Origin: Christensenellaceae bacterium Phil7
GTDB taxonomy: Bacteria > Bacillota > Clostridia > Christensenellales > CAG-138
Reading direction: 5' to 3'
Assembly (NCBI GenBank): GCA_001940845.1
Contig: MSGV01000023.1
Location: 146,312 to 210,311 of the forward strand
Length of the DNA: 64,000 nucleotides
Part shown: positions 63,451 to 64,000 of the stretch, in pieces
Numbering within the stretch: the stretch's first letter is position 1
How the letters are laid out: every line of letters begins with the position of its first letter
Notes under the pieces: generated by a model
What the model was told of the DNA's origin: nothing
Seen by the model: the letters and a program-made list of their open reading frames with translations, nothing else
Databases searched by the model: none
Position numbers and translations under genes: made by a program

Positions 63451-63647
63451 GAATTTAAAGCACGAAGTTTAAATTACACGATTAATTATCGGCCGAATGA
63501 CTGACATACAAGAAATTTTTTCGGCCATATGGATGACTGAAATTATTGCACCAATTTTGTTGAAATAAATTCATTAAAGCTGTATAATAAGCTTGAAAAA
63601 CGATCAATGTACCTTGAAGGTACTTTTTCTTGAAAGGAATTATGAAC

Positions 63648-64000
63648 ATGGCAAATATTATTGATGGCAAGCTTATTGCAGCCGAGCTGAAAAAAAGCTG
63701 CCTCGACAGAGCGCAAAGGCTCATCAGGGATGGTATAATACCTAAACTCGATGTAATCATCGTTGGGGATGATCCGGCTTCGCATCAATATGTCAACAGC
63801 CGTGCTGATGATTGCAAAGCAATAGGCATGGACAGTACAGTTCATGTGCTTCCGACAAATACCGTTCAATCAGAGCTGATCGAACTTATTGAAGGTCTCA
63901 ATAATGATAGCTCAGTGCATGGTATACTTCTTCAAATGCCGCTTCCAAAGCATATGAATTCCGAGGAAGTCATAGCGCATATTTCCATGGAAAAGGATGT
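63648..64000 (+). CDS. folD: bifunctional methylenetetrahydrofolate dehydrogenase/cyclohydrolase, N-terminal part (3' end outside window; not in the ORF track)
   Basis: My own translation from ATG 63648: MANIIDGKLIAAELKKSC...KLDVIIVGDDPASHQYVNSRADDCKAIGM...VHGILLQMPLPKHM is canonical FolD. RBS AAAGGAA. Confidence 0.9.
   Translation, partial: MANIIDGKLIAAELKKSCLDRAQRLIRDGIIPKLDVIIVGDDPASHQYVNSRADDCKAIGMDSTVHVLPTNTVQSELIELIEGLNNDSSVHGILLQMPLPKHMNSEEVIAHISMEKD

Overview
This 64-kb window looks like chromosomal DNA from a low-GC (roughly 42-44% by eye), endospore-forming member of the Clostridia. A C-terminal type I dockerin on one secreted protein suggests a cellulosome- or amylosome-bearing Ruminococcus/Oscillospiraceae-like organism; that is an inference, not a database result. 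I support about 66 CDS (two run off the window edges), 3 tRNAs (Thr-GGT, Ser-TGA, Ser-GCT), several near-consensus sigma-70 promoters and many intrinsic terminators. Most of the content is core. It includes an acyl-CoA dehydrogenase with EtfB and a ferredoxin-fused EtfA, two two-component systems, and an ABC exporter pair. It also has an SAH/MTA salvage cluster (ahcY, punA, mtaD) with yaaL-bofA embedded in it. Housekeeping genes include typA, ccdA, alr, a cupin-XRE regulator with potABCD, asnS, nadE, coaW, an aminotransferase, pgsA, rmuC, nrdR and pgeF. Sporulation-related genes include spoVAD-spoVAE, ylmC and the full spoIIIA operon. The spoIIIA operon is followed by asp23-amaP-DUF2273-nusB-(Kae1-like)-folD, an order syntenic with B. 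subtilis spoIIIA-yqhY-nusB-folD. I found no rRNA, CRISPR array, transposase, integrase, prophage or recognisable defence gene, and no convincing large novel system. The observations most worth following up are: (1) an unannotated 54-58 codon mini-SpoIIIAF with a probable non-canonical start; (2) an E2-like acyltransferase whose catalytic His is replaced by Glu, paired with an acyl-adenylate ligase; (3) a LytTR regulator with a sensor-less 220-aa kinase and two ABC exporters separated by a hairpin; (4) a GTTTAGCA operator array in front of the pot regulator; (5) an ACP-like protein lacking the phosphopantetheine serine; (6) sporulation genes wired into an SAH/MTA salvage operon. All functional calls come from reading translated motifs by eye. 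No searches were run.
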